Of a stretch of DNA of 51,964 bases, positions 34,345 through 43,335 are shown piece by piece; positions within the stretch are counted from its first letter, which is position 1; every line of letters begins with the position of its first letter. The DNA comes from Actinomycetota bacterium (lineage in GTDB: Bacteria > Actinomycetota > UBA4738 > CALAEC01): NCBI GenBank assembly GCA_050693165.1, contig JBOGVX010000120.1:1-51964 (forward strand), read 5' to 3'. The notes under the pieces were generated by a model. It saw only the letters and a program-made list of their open reading frames with translations, did not search any database and was not told where the DNA came from. A program made the translations under genes and the position numbers.

Positions 34345-35439
34345 GTGCAGCTCATCCGCCGTGGCGACCGCGGCCCTCGTGTGCGTGACGTCCAATCTCG
34401 GCTGCTCGGGCTCGGCTTCACGGTCGAGGCCACCGATCTCGAGGGCCACACGTTCGACGAGTCCACCGAGGGCGCGCTGAAGGCGTTCCAGCAGGAGCGC
34501 GGCCTCCTGGTCGACGGCGTTGTGGGCCCGAACACCTGGCACGAGCTGATCGAGGCCGGCTACGCGCTGGGCGACCGCATCCTTTATCTGCGCCGGCCGT
34601 TCACTCGTGGTGACGACGTACGCGCTCTGCAGCGTCGTCTGAACCTGATCGGGTTCGACCCGGGGCGCGAGGACGGGATCCTCGGAGAGCAGACCGGGAA
34701 GGCGATCCTCGACTTCCAGCGCAACGTGGGGCTTCACGCGGACGGCATCGCGGGCGCCACGACGATCCAGGCACTCGACCGGCTGATCGCCGCGCCGGTC
34801 ACTCGCACGGGGCGCACCTCAGTTCGAGAAACGGAGGGGCTGCGTGCGCCCGGCTCCTCTCTCGCGGGCAGGCGGGTGGCCATCGATGCCGGGCACGGAC
34901 CCGACGACCCCGGCTTCATCGGCTCCGGAGGCTCTCGGGAGAACGACGTGACATACGACCTCGCGGACGCACTGAAGGACGAGCTGACCGAGAGAGGCGC
35001 CGCTCCCCTGATCCTGCGCGTGAGGCAGGAGGACCCCGACCAGTCAGAGCGAGCTGCCCGCGCCAACGAGGCCGACGCCGAGGTGCTGGTATCGATCCAC
35101 CTCAACGGCCACGACGACGCCGCCGCCGAGGGCTCCTCCTCCTATTACTTCGGCGCGATCGGGGCGGGCTCGGTCGCGGGGCAGGCTCTCGCCGAGCTGG
35201 TCCAGGACGAGCTGACCGCGGCGCTCGGCCTTCGTGACGGCCGGGCGCATCCGAAGGCGTTCCCGATACTTCGGGAGACGAGGATGACGGCGATCCAGGT
35301 CGAGCCGTGCTTCATCACGAACCCGAAGGAGGAGCTGCTCCTCGGAGAAGAGCCGTTCCGGCGGGAGGTGGCGCGGGCGCTGGCATCCGCGATCGAGCGC
35401 TACTTCGCGGGCGGCTCGGTCGAACAGCCGGGCGGCTAG
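34345..35439 (+). CDS. cwlM: N-acetylmuramoyl-L-alanine amidase-fold protein with two PG-binding domains (CwlM-like)
   Basis: Two PG_binding_1-like repeats (VRDVQSRLLGLGF...DGVVGPNTW and VRALQRRLNLIGF...DGIAGATT), then an Amidase_3 core (VAIDAGHGP..., VLVSIHLN). The position after trx matches mycobacteria. Confidence 0.85.
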   Translation: MQLIRRGDRGPRVRDVQSRLLGLGFTVEATDLEGHTFDESTEGALKAFQQERGLLVDGVVGPNTWHELIEAGYALGDRILYLRRPFTRGDDVRALQRRLNLIGFDPGREDGILGEQTGKAILDFQRNVGLHADGIAGATTIQALDRLIAAPVTRTGRTSVRETEGLRAPGSSLAGRRVAIDAGHGPDDPGFIGSGGSRENDVTYDLADALKDELTERGAAPLILRVRQEDPDQSERAARANEADAEVLVSIHLNGHDDAAAEGSSSYYFGAIGAGSVAGQALAELVQDELTAALGLRDGRAHPKAFPILRETRMTAIQVEPCFITNPKEELLLGEEPFRREVARALASAIERYFAGGSVEQPGG

Positions 35440-35568
35440 CGCCGGGGGCGCTCACCTAGCCTCGTTAGGAGCCATCCCAGCAGCAGGCCCAGGGAGACCC
35501 CTCTCACCGCTCTGCTCCTCTCGGACACGACTCGATCCTACGGGTCCGAGCCCCTCCCCTGCTAACCT

Positions 35569-36771
35569 GTGGACATGCCCGGCGCAGACGCATTCGCCGA
35601 CCGCTACGCCAGCCGCGCCGCACACATGACCCAGTCCGAGGTCCGCGCACTGTTCGCCGTCGCCGCACGTCCCGATGTGATCTCGCTGGCCGGCGGCATG
35701 CCGTTCGTCCAGGCACTGCCGAACGAGGAAGTCATGGACGTCGTCGCGCAGGTCCTACGGGATCGCTCGGCGATCGCGCTTCAGTACGGCGCGGGCGACG
35801 GCCAGGAGGGCCTGCGGATCCGCTTGACGGAGCTGATGGCCGAGGAAGGGATCGCGTCGAGCCCCGACGAGCTCGTCGTGACGGCCGGCGCCCAGCAGGC
35901 GCTCGACCTGGTCGCCAAGCTGTTCATCGAGCCGGGAGACACGATCGTTGTGGAGGCGCCCTCCTACGTCGGCGCGCTCTCGGCGTTCTCGGTCTACGAA
36001 CCGAAGTACCTGCAGATCCCAATGGACCAGGACGGGATCATCGTCGAGAAGCTCGAGGAGGCCCTGAGCGGCGAGCTGAAACCCAAGTTCCTCTACGTCT
36101 GCCCCAACTTCCACAACCCCGCCGGCGTGACGATCTCGCTCGAGCGGCGCCACCGGCTCGTCGAGGTATGCAGGGCCGCGGGACTGCCGATCATCGAGGA
36201 CGACCCCTACGGAATGCTTCGCTTCGACGGCGACCCGCTGCCCTCGCTCCGCTCGCTCGACCCCGAGAACGTGATCTACCTCGGCACTCTCTCCAAGATC
36301 TTCTGCCCGGGCATCCGGGTGGGCTGGGCGCTCGCGCAGGGCGGCGTGCTGGAGCGGCTGATCAGGTTCAAGGAGGCCGCGGATCTGTGCTCGTCCAACT
36401 TCAACATGCTGGTCGCCGAGCAGTGGCTGTCCGAGCCCGAGCGCTGGAAATCCTCGCTGAAGGGTCTCGTGGAGGTCTACAGGAGCCGGCGCGACACCAC
36501 CCTCCGCTCGCTCGAGGAGCACTTCCCCGAGGACTCGCACTGGACGCACCCTCAGGGAGGGTTCTACGTGTGGGCCACGGTCCCCGGCGCAGACCTGCGA
36601 GCGCTGCTCCCCCAGGCGGTGGAGCGCAAGGTCGCCTATGTGCCCGGCACCGCGTTCTACCCGGACGGGAGAGGGACCGACCAGATGCGCATCGCCTACT
36701 GCTACCCGCCGGATGATGCGATAGCGGAGGGCATCAAGCGGATCGGCGGCATGCTCGCCGACCGCGGCTGA
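35569..36771 (+). CDS. PLP-dependent aminotransferase (class I/II, aminoadipate/MocR-type fold)
   Basis: GGMPFVQALP, YGAGDGQEGLR, PNFHNPAGVT and the PLP-lysine block LGTLSKIFCPGIRVGW. Start is GTG 35569 or ATG 35575. Confidence 0.85.
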   Translation: MDMPGADAFADRYASRAAHMTQSEVRALFAVAARPDVISLAGGMPFVQALPNEEVMDVVAQVLRDRSAIALQYGAGDGQEGLRIRLTELMAEEGIASSPDELVVTAGAQQALDLVAKLFIEPGDTIVVEAPSYVGALSAFSVYEPKYLQIPMDQDGIIVEKLEEALSGELKPKFLYVCPNFHNPAGVTISLERRHRLVEVCRAAGLPIIEDDPYGMLRFDGDPLPSLRSLDPENVIYLGTLSKIFCPGIRVGWALAQGGVLERLIRFKEAADLCSSNFNMLVAEQWLSEPERWKSSLKGLVEVYRSRRDTTLRSLEEHFPEDSHWTHPQGGFYVWATVPGADLRALLPQAVERKVAYVPGTAFYPDGRGTDQMRIAYCYPPDDAIAEGIKRIGGMLADRG

Positions 36772-36772
36772 C

Positions 36773-37624
36773 CTAAAGGATCAGCTCGACGATCCTGTCG
36801 AGGTCCGCCTTGGATCCGAACTCGATGACGATCTTTCCCTTGCGTTTCGCGCGTTGCACCCGCACTCGCGTGCCCAGCGCGTCGCCGAGCGCCTCCTCGA
36901 TCTGAAGCAGCTTCGCGTCCCTGGCGGGCGGCTCCTTGACGCCGGCCGTTCTCACCGCGGGATGCGCGGAGTAGGTCTTGACCAGCTCCTCCGTTTGTCT
37001 GACCGATAGCCCCTCGGCCGCTATGCGCTGTGCGAGCGCTCGCTGGCCTTCCGCATCGTCGAGGGCAAGTAGTGCGCGGCCGTGCGCGGCGGTGATCGCG
37101 CCCTCTGCGAGCATCCCCTGAACCTCAGCCGGAAGGTTGAGGAGCCGGATCGTATTCGCGATGTGCGGCCGCGAGTGCCCGAGGCGGCGCGCGAGGTCCT
37201 CCTGCGTGACGCCGAGCTCGTCCTGAAGCTCCTGGAACGCCGATGCCTGCTCGAGCGGCGCGAGGTCCTGGCGGTGGATGTTCTCGATCAGCGCTTCGCG
37301 CAAGGCCTCGGTGTCGTCGGTCGTCCTGATGATCGCGGGCAGAGTCGCTAGCCCTGCCATCCTTGCCGCGCGAAGCCGCCGCTCCCCCGCCACGAGCTCG
37401 TATCCCGACTCATCGACCTTCCTGACGACGATGGGCTGGAGCACCCCGACCTCGCGGATCGATCGCGCGAGCGCCTCGAGCGAATCGTCGCCGAAGACCT
37501 GCCGGGGCTGTCTGCGGTTCGGGGCCACCGAGTTGACCGGCACCTCCACGAGCGCGGTCTCGTCGGACGCGCCCGGGATGAGGGCGGACAGCCCCCTTCC
37601 GAGGCCTCCTCGTTGAGTGGGCAT
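36773..37624 (-). CDS. parB: chromosome partitioning protein ParB
   Basis: GLGRGLSALIP, the ParB box LQPIVVRK...YELVAGERRLRAA and the HTH segment QEDLARRLGHSRPHIANTIRLL. Confidence 0.93.
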   Translation of the reverse strand: MPTQRGGLGRGLSALIPGASDETALVEVPVNSVAPNRRQPRQVFGDDSLEALARSIREVGVLQPIVVRKVDESGYELVAGERRLRAARMAGLATLPAIIRTTDDTEALREALIENIHRQDLAPLEQASAFQELQDELGVTQEDLARRLGHSRPHIANTIRLLNLPAEVQGMLAEGAITAAHGRALLALDDAEGQRALAQRIAAEGLSVRQTEELVKTYSAHPAVRTAGVKEPPARDAKLLQIEEALGDALGTRVRVQRAKRKGKIVIEFGSKADLDRIVELIL

Positions 37625-37626
37625 GC

Positions 37627-38583
37627 CTACTCCTCCTCCTCCACTTTTCCGTTACCTCCGGCCCAGCCCTCGCCATCCTCGTCGGTGGGCGCATCCATGC
37701 GCTCGATCGCGATCACCGCCGGCGGCTCGTGCTCGGGCAGCGGCTCGTCAGTAGCTTCTCGCTTGAGGAACTCCTTGGCGAGCTTCCGGTATGCCTTGGC
37801 TCCCTTCGACGAAGGGTCGTACATGGTGATGGGTACGCCGAAGCCGGGAGCCTCTGACAGTCGAACGGTCCTGGGTATGATGGTGTCATACACTCTTGAC
37901 CCGAAATACCTCTTGACCTCCGTCACCACCTGCTCGGAAAGCTTGGTACGGCTGTCGAACATCGTCATCACGATCCCGGTAAGTCGGAGCTTCGGATTCA
38001 GGTTCTGCTGGACCAGGCGGACGTTGCGAAGCAGCTGGCCGAGGCCCTCGAGCGCGTAGTACTCGCACTGGATCGGGACGATGAGCTCGTCGCAGGCGGT
38101 CAGTGCGTTGACCGTCAGGAGGCCAAGGGACGGCGGGCAGTCGAGGATGATGAAGTCGTAGCTGGAGATGACTGGCTCGATCGCCTTGGCAAGCCGGGTC
38201 TCGCGGGAGATCTGGCCGACCAGCTCGATCTCGGCGCCGGCCAGGTCGATCGTCGACGGGATCGCCCACACCCCCGAGACGACGGTCTCCATGACCGCCT
38301 CCTGGGCCGGGACCCCCTGAGACATCACCTGATAGGTCCCGATCTGGCGCCGGCCTGGTTCGATGCCGAGCCCCGTGGAGGCGTTGCCCTGAGGATCCAG
38401 ATCGACGATCAGAACTCGCTTGCGATTCTCGGCGATCGTGCATCCGAGGTTGACGGCGGTCGTGCTCTTGCCCACCCCGCCCTTCTGGTTCGCGACGGCC
38501 ACAACCCGGGCTTGGCGGCCGGGATCGGACGGACCCTCAACCTTGGGTTGAGGCTTCGCCCGTTCGATCACGGAACGCAGCAT
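37627..38583 (-). CDS. parA: chromosome partitioning ATPase ParA/Soj
   Basis: The deviant Walker A VANQKGGVGKSTTAVNL, plus DLDPQGNAS and an acidic C-terminal tail. Adjacent to parB. Confidence 0.93.
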   Translation of the reverse strand: MLRSVIERAKPQPKVEGPSDPGRQARVVAVANQKGGVGKSTTAVNLGCTIAENRKRVLIVDLDPQGNASTGLGIEPGRRQIGTYQVMSQGVPAQEAVMETVVSGVWAIPSTIDLAGAEIELVGQISRETRLAKAIEPVISSYDFIILDCPPSLGLLTVNALTACDELIVPIQCEYYALEGLGQLLRNVRLVQQNLNPKLRLTGIVMTMFDSRTKLSEQVVTEVKRYFGSRVYDTIIPRTVRLSEAPGFGVPITMYDPSSKGAKAYRKLAKEFLKREATDEPLPEHEPPAVIAIERMDAPTDEDGEGWAGGNGKVEEEE

Positions 38584-38587
38584 GCAC

Positions 38588-39178
38588 TCATCCTTGTCGC
38601 GTCATGATAACGAGCGGGGAGGAACCTGCAACTACGCGCTCCACGAGCACGAGATCGGGGGGCTCGGGCTCGGTTATCGCCTCTGCCGTTCCCTCGGGAT
38701 CCTCGAGCCCCTCCCCCGCGAAGTAGATCAGCCGGCCCCCGGGCCGCAGGATCGGGACCGCGGCCTGCCAGGACCGCTCCAACGAGGCGAAGGCACGGGT
38801 GGCGGCCACGTCGGCCTGGAGATCCACGTCCTCGACACGGGCCTCGCGGATCTCGACATTGCCCAGCCTGAGTCGGTCGACCGCGAGCTCGAGGAATCCG
38901 AGGGCGCGGGTCTTCGGCTCGACGAGCACCACGGAGAGCCCGGGGCGAGCGATCGCCAGGACGATCCCCGGCAGGCCGGCCCCGGAGCCGATGTCGACGG
39001 CGAGACCGTCGGCCTGAAGGATCAGATTGGCCGCCCGGAGCGAGTCTCGGACATGCCGCTCCCCCAGTCGGTCCGCGTCGGATTCGGCGACCAGCCCCAG
39101 CTGCACCGCACGATCGCGGAGCAGCAACTCGAACTCCCGGAGCTGCTTCTCTTGATAGGCGGAGAGCTCGAGTGGCAT
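38588..39178 (-). CDS. rsmG: 16S rRNA (guanine527-N7)-methyltransferase
   Basis: The SAM motif DIGSGAGLPGIVLAI, together with its position between jag and parA. Confidence 0.88.
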   Translation of the reverse strand: MPLELSAYQEKQLREFELLLRDRAVQLGLVAESDADRLGERHVRDSLRAANLILQADGLAVDIGSGAGLPGIVLAIARPGLSVVLVEPKTRALGFLELAVDRLRLGNVEIREARVEDVDLQADVAATRAFASLERSWQAAVPILRPGGRLIYFAGEGLEDPEGTAEAITEPEPPDLVLVERVVAGSSPLVIMTRQG

Positions 39179-39277
39179 TGCGAAAACTTACCCCAGAAAT
39201 GGGCAAAAACATAGCCTGACCTGGGGTTTTGAGTGATCGTTTCTGAGAAACGTTACATGTAGACGAGCAGATTCCGC

Positions 39278-39928
39278 TCAGCTGGACTTGCTAATTACCA
39301 CGAAGCGCTCGGGATCCTCTCCCTCGCTGCTGGTCTCGACGCCACCGACTCCGTTGGCCGCGTCGTGGACGATCTTGCGCTCGTAGGCGTTCATCGGCTC
39401 CATGCTTTCGGGCCGGCCAGTCCTCTTGACCTTGGCGGCGCTGGAGCGGGCCCTCTCCGCGAGCTGGGAACGGCGGCGCTTGCGATAGTCCTCGATATCC
39501 ACCATCACGCGGCAACGGCTCTCGGTTTGCCGTTGCACCGCTGAGCGCATGAGCTCCTGAAGCGCGTCGAGCGTCTGACCGTGCCTTCCGATCAGGAGAC
39601 CGACGCTGTCGTCGTCGTCAACGAGGACGTCCACGTACATGGTGCCGTCCACCACGTCGTGGTCTAGATCCGCGGCCACATCCATCTGCTCGAGCAGCCC
39701 CTCCAGGAAGTCCATGGCCATCTCGGCCTGCTCCTCGAGATCGATGCCCTCGTCCTCGTCCTGTACGCGAACGCGGACGATCGCCTCTTGAGATCCGAAC
39801 CCCAGGAGGCCTCGCTGGGAGTCCTGGACTATCTCGATGGAGGCTTCTTGCTCACTGACCCCGAGCTCCTCGAGGGCAGCCTCAAGAGCCTCTTCAACGC
39901 TTGCGGCGCTTCTTTCTACTTCCCGCAT
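39278..39928 (-). CDS. jag: Jag/KhpB RNA-binding protein (Jag_N, KH, R3H)
   Basis: SVEEALEAALEELGV (Jag_N), LLIGRHGQTLDALQ (KH GxxG) and MNAYERKIVHDAA (R3H). Confidence 0.9.
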   Translation of the reverse strand: MREVERSAASVEEALEAALEELGVSEQEASIEIVQDSQRGLLGFGSQEAIVRVRVQDEDEGIDLEEQAEMAMDFLEGLLEQMDVAADLDHDVVDGTMYVDVLVDDDDSVGLLIGRHGQTLDALQELMRSAVQRQTESRCRVMVDIEDYRKRRRSQLAERARSSAAKVKRTGRPESMEPMNAYERKIVHDAANGVGGVETSSEGEDPERFVVISKSS

Positions 39929-40793
39929 TCCGGGCCCCCTGCTGATTCCCCTTCGGCAAGGCGTTCTTGGTCACGCTGCCGTTCGGCTTGCCGTCCCTCG
40001 AGCCGTCCTTCGAGCCGTCCTTAGCACCGACCGGCGCTTCTTCGCGACGCCTCAGCATCACGGTCTGCTGCGCGACCTGCCACGCGTTGGTCGTGACCCA
40101 ATAGACGAGCACGCCGGCTGCGATCTGGAAGGAGATGAATCCGAGGAAGACCGGCATGATCGTAGTGATGATCTTCATCTGCTGAGCCTGGGGACCGGAC
40201 GACGCCTTCTGCATCTGCTTCTGCTGGAAGAACGTGGTTCCCACCATCAAGGCGACCATGATGAAGTACGGGATGCGTGCTCCACCTCCAATCCCGCATT
40301 GCACCTCGGCGGCGCCCTGAGCGACCTGAACGAGGCCCCTACCCGCCGCAGCGGGGGAGCACGCCAGATTCATGCCGAGGAACCGCTCGGCCCCCTCCTT
40401 GATCGACTGCACCAGCGCGGACCCGTCGGGCAGGTACTGCGTTCCTCCGCCGTTCGTGAGCACCCGGTAGAGAGCGAAGAAGACCGGGAGCTGAAGCAGC
40501 AGCGGGAGGCATCCGCCGAGCGGGTTCACCTGATGCTCCTTGTAGAGCTTCATCAGCTCTTCGTTCAGCTTCTGCCGGTTGCCCTTGTACTTCCTCTGCA
40601 GCTCCTTGACCTTGGGCTGGATCTTCTGCATCCCCTGCATCGACCTGGTCTGCTTGATCGTGAGGGGGAGCAGCAGAATACGGACGAAGATCGTCAGCAG
40701 GATGATCGCGATGCCGTAGCTCGGGATCAGGTCGTAGAAGAAAGAGAGTATGGATCCGAGTCCACTCAGCAGGCCGTTCCACAGATCGGCCAT
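39894..40793 (-). CDS. yidC: membrane protein insertase YidC (short, Gram-positive type)
   Basis: YGIAIILLTIFVRILLLPLTIKQ, NPLGGCLPLLLQLPVFFALY and a basic C-terminal tail. Overlaps the jag start by 35 nt. Confidence 0.93.
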   Translation of the reverse strand: MADLWNGLLSGLGSILSFFYDLIPSYGIAIILLTIFVRILLLPLTIKQTRSMQGMQKIQPKVKELQRKYKGNRQKLNEELMKLYKEHQVNPLGGCLPLLLQLPVFFALYRVLTNGGGTQYLPDGSALVQSIKEGAERFLGMNLACSPAAAGRGLVQVAQGAAEVQCGIGGGARIPYFIMVALMVGTTFFQQKQMQKASSGPQAQQMKIITTIMPVFLGFISFQIAAGVLVYWVTTNAWQVAQQTVMLRRREEAPVGAKDGSKDGSRDGKPNGSVTKNALPKGNQQGARNAGSRKKRRKR

Positions 40794-40857
40794 CAGTCGA
40801 CCTCGCCTTCACCCTTGTATGACAACATCATCAGAGTCGCGATGGCGTAGGACGTCT

Positions 40858-41136
40858 TCATACGACGCTCCGAGAACGCCAATTTCCGCGGTGGGGGACC
40901 GGGTCCAGGCCGCCGGCGGTGAGAGGACTGCAGCGCGCGACACGCCAGGCGGCCAGCGCCGAGCCCTTGAGCGCGCCGTGCTCACGAATCGCCTCGAGCG
41001 CGTAGGCCGAGCAGCTCGGATGGAACCTGCAGCGACCGACCATGAGCCGGCCGAGAGTCACCCTGTACAGGCCGATGAGCCCCATCAGGGCCAGCCGGAT
41101 CGGGGACGTCAGAAACCAGGTAGCTTGCCGGATCAA
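40858..41136 (-). CDS. yidD: membrane protein insertion efficiency factor YidD
   Basis: [39 protein letters not shown] is the YidD signature. Overlaps the rnpA stop. Confidence 0.9.
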   Translation of the reverse strand: MIRQATWFLTSPIRLALMGLIGLYRVTLGRLMVGRCRFHPSCSAYALEAIREHGALKGSALAAWRVARCSPLTAGGLDPVPHRGNWRSRSVV

Positions 41137-41444
41137 CGCATCAGCCCTGCATCAGTGAACAGCTCTCGAATCTCCTCGATAAGCTCCGGGGCCTTCGAAC
41201 CCCCAAGGGGCCCTCGAGCGACGAGGACCAGGTCGAAACCCTCCGCAACCCCTGGCCATAGCGCTCGCCATGCCTCCCGAAGCAAGCGCCGAGCGCGATT
41301 GCGGGCGACGGCGCCTCCGACTCGTTTCCCGGTCACCCAGGCCGCCCGAGATAGGCCAGGCCTGAGCGCGACGTACACTATCACCCGTTCGGATCTGTGT
41401 GGCGTCCCCTCTCGGAGGGCCCGGCGGATCGCCGGGGCGTCCAA
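41133..41444 (-). CDS. rnpA: ribonuclease P protein component
   Basis: A basic 103-aa protein containing [24 protein letters not shown] (RNR motif). The TTG start lies 1 nt after the rpmH stop. Confidence 0.85.
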   Translation of the reverse strand: MDAPAIRRALREGTPHRSERVIVYVALRPGLSRAAWVTGKRVGGAVARNRARRLLREAWRALWPGVAEGFDLVLVARGPLGGSKAPELIEEIRELFTDAGLMR

Positions 41445-41445
41445 T

Positions 41446-41580
41446 TCAGACGCCGAGCCTGGCGCGGCCCTTCTTGCGCCTGCGACCCAGGATCGCGCGG
41501 CCCTGACGGGTCCGCATGCGCGAGCGGAAGCCGTGTGTTTTCTTCCGGCGACGCGTGCTGGGCTGGTAGGTGCGCTTCAT
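41446..41580 (-). CDS. rpmH: 50S ribosomal protein L34
   Basis: Too short for the ORF track. The reverse complement reads [44 protein letters not shown] (44 aa), the near-universal L34 sequence. Confidence 0.95.
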   Translation of the reverse strand: MKRTYQPSTRRRKKTHGFRSRMRTRQGRAILGRRRKKGRARLGV

Positions 41581-41637
41581 GTGAGCAAATAAAGTAACAA
41601 AACGCGGCTCGCTTCACGTTCCCGCAGGTCAGTGCCC

Positions 41638-41646
41638 TTATCCACA
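41638..41646 (+). promoter_or_regulatory. perfect DnaA box TTATCCACA
   Basis: Exact 9-mer in the rpmH/dnaA spacer. Confidence 0.75.
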
Positions 41647-41658
41647 GACCGCTTGGAT

Positions 41659-41687
41659 TTGGGGTGCGCAAGCACCGGGTCTATAAT
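41659..41687 (+). promoter_or_regulatory. candidate dnaA promoter (TTGGGG-17 nt-TATAAT)
   Basis: A perfect TATAAT at 41682-41687 with a weak -35 at 41659-41664, about 97 nt upstream of the dnaA ATG. Confidence 0.4.
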
Positions 41688-41756
41688 CCGTCTCGTACCT
41701 CCCTCAGGGGCCGCCTCGAGGCGGCCCTGATTTGCTTCCCCAGCAATTTGCACACC

Positions 41757-41778
41757 TGTGGAAAAGGGGTGTGGACAA
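41757..41778 (-). promoter_or_regulatory. two DnaA boxes in inverted orientation (TTTTCCACA and TTGTCCACA on the minus strand)
   Basis: TGTGGAAAA (41757-41765) and TGTGGACAA (41770-41778), just upstream of the dnaA ATG. TTGTCCACA is the actinobacterial consensus form. Confidence 0.7.
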
Positions 41779-41783
41779 GCGAT

Positions 41784-43133
41784 ATGAGCGGGGAAGCCGA
41801 CGCGATATGGACCCAGGCCGCCGAGCGGATCAAGCAGGAGGTCCCTCTCGGCACGTTCAACCTATGGTTCGCCCACGTTCGGGCCGGGCAGCTCGACCAG
41901 AACAGGCTCGAGCTCACCGCTCCCAGCGACTACGTGCGTACCTGGCTATCGCGCAACCACCTCGAACTGATCACCAGGCTCGTCGGCCAGGTGAGCGGCC
42001 GTCCGCTGGAAGTTCACCTCGAGGCCGACGAGAGCGAGCCGGAGAGCGCCTCCGCCCCGGAGGCCAAAGAGCCGCAGGAGCCCGACCAGTCTCCGTCGTC
42101 CTCGTATCCGACCCGCTACACCTTCGACAACTTCGTGCTCGGGCCCTCGAACAGGTTCGCGCACGCGGCCGCCATGGCCGTCGCCGAGGCTCCGCCCTCG
42201 CAGGCCTACAACCCCCTGTTCATCTACGGGGGAGTGGGGCTCGGCAAGACCCACCTGATGTACGGCATCGCGAACCACATGACTCGGCTGACTCCCGGTG
42301 TCCGAGCCAAGTACGTGACATCCGAGACCTTCGTCACCGAATTCATCAAGTCGATCCGTGACGGGCAGGGCTACCTCTTCCAGCGAAGGTACCGGGACGT
42401 GGATGTGCTGCTGGTCGACGACATCCAGTTCTTGGCCCGGGCGGAGGAGACCCAGACCGAGTTCTTTCACACCTTCAACACGCTTCACGGAGGCGAGCGC
42501 CAGATCGTGATCGCGTCTGATCGACCACCCCAGGAGCTCTCCGGCCTGGCCGAGAGGCTCCGCAACCGCTTCCGTTGGGGCTTGATCGTCGACATCCAGC
42601 CGCCCAACCTCGAGACGAGGATCGCGATCCTGCAGGCGAAGCTCCTGAGAGACGGCCTGCGCATCCCCGACATTGTCACCCACTTCATCGCGCAGAGGTT
42701 CGACGCGAACATCCGAGAGCTCGAGGGTGCGCTTCTGCGAGTGGTGGCTTTCGCGTCCCTGTCTCGCCAGCCGGTCGACCTCGCGCTGGCCGAGAGGGCT
42801 CTCGAGGACCTCCTTCCACAGGGAGGCCAGCAGGTGCCCGCAGAGACGATCCTCCTGGAGACCGCCGAATACTTCGGGCTCACGCGAGAAGACCTGGTCT
42901 CCAAGAGCAGGTCCCGTCCACTCACCACCGCGAGGCACATGGCCATGTACCTGATGCGGGAGCTCACCGGGCTCTCCCTCATCAAGATCGGGGAGCTCTT
43001 CGAGCGCGACCACTCGACGGCACTGCACGGCATCAAGCGAGTCGAGACCCTCATGCCGAACCGCGACACGGTCTACCGCCAGGTGCAGGAGATCACCAAG
43101 CGGATAAACACAAAAGCTAGGGCAACAAGGTGA
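41784..43133 (+). CDS. dnaA: chromosomal replication initiator protein DnaA
   Basis: MSGEADAIWTQAAERIKQEV..., an AAA+ Walker A GGVGLGKTHL, Walker B LLVDDIQF and the C-terminal DNA-binding domain (ARHMAMYLMRELTGLSLIKIGELFERDHSTALHG). The ORF-track start at 41664 is rejected because it would cover the DnaA boxes. Confidence 0.95.
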   Translation: MSGEADAIWTQAAERIKQEVPLGTFNLWFAHVRAGQLDQNRLELTAPSDYVRTWLSRNHLELITRLVGQVSGRPLEVHLEADESEPESASAPEAKEPQEPDQSPSSSYPTRYTFDNFVLGPSNRFAHAAAMAVAEAPPSQAYNPLFIYGGVGLGKTHLMYGIANHMTRLTPGVRAKYVTSETFVTEFIKSIRDGQGYLFQRRYRDVDVLLVDDIQFLARAEETQTEFFHTFNTLHGGERQIVIASDRPPQELSGLAERLRNRFRWGLIVDIQPPNLETRIAILQAKLLRDGLRIPDIVTHFIAQRFDANIRELEGALLRVVAFASLSRQPVDLALAERALEDLLPQGGQQVPAETILLETAEYFGLTREDLVSKSRSRPLTTARHMAMYLMRELTGLSLIKIGELFERDHSTALHGIKRVETLMPNRDTVYRQVQEITKRINTKARATR

Positions 43134-43335
43134 GCAAACTTTGTGGAAGGAATGCGGTCGGACGGGGGAGTGGGTGTGGGCCTGTGCATAACCAACCCTT
43201 CATTCCACCAACGGTCCACATGTCAGACCCCACCGCTACGCTGCGGAAAGGGTCGGTTATCAGCTTTTCCCCCGCCCCTACTACTACTACTGGTTCTTAG
43301 AGTATGAAGAAGGCAGAAGAAGGGGAGGTGGAGAA
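43134..43335. other. dnaA-dnaN spacer: possible oriC component (weak DnaA-box-like 9-mers, AT-richer 3' part)
   Basis: CGGTCCACA (43212-43220, 7/9 to TTGTCCACA) and TGTGGAAGG (43142-43150, weak). The AT-richer segment at 43278-43320 includes (CTA)4. The spacer is only 202 bp. Confidence 0.35.

Noticed and set aside
39238-39252. CGTTTCTGAGAAACG palindrome in the jag/rsmG spacer considered as a parS site. All CACGTG cores in the window (e.g. 32702-32716, 8587-8600, 41611-41623) were also scanned.
   Set aside because: parS is GTTTCAC-GTGAAAC, with 4 nt between the GTTTC and GAAAC arms. This palindrome has a 3-nt spacer and lacks the CACGTG core. The other hits match only one half-site. No convincing parS was seen in the window.
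39179-39277. AT-rich jag/rsmG spacer with CCCCAG-N24-CTGGGG followed by TTTT, considered as a small RNA or terminator.
   Set aside because: The stem is only 6 bp with a 24-nt loop. The spacer is more simply explained as the rsmG promoter region. No conserved RNA motif was recognised.
41664-41783. N-terminal 40-aa extension of dnaA (track start 41664).
   Set aside because: It would cover the promoter-like TATAAT, a hairpin and two DnaA boxes. The conserved DnaA N-terminus begins at ATG 41784.
43278-43290. (CTA)4 trinucleotide microsatellite upstream of dnaN.
   Set aside because: It is too short to call a functional repeat or phase-variation tract. It is noted only as part of the AT-richer spacer.
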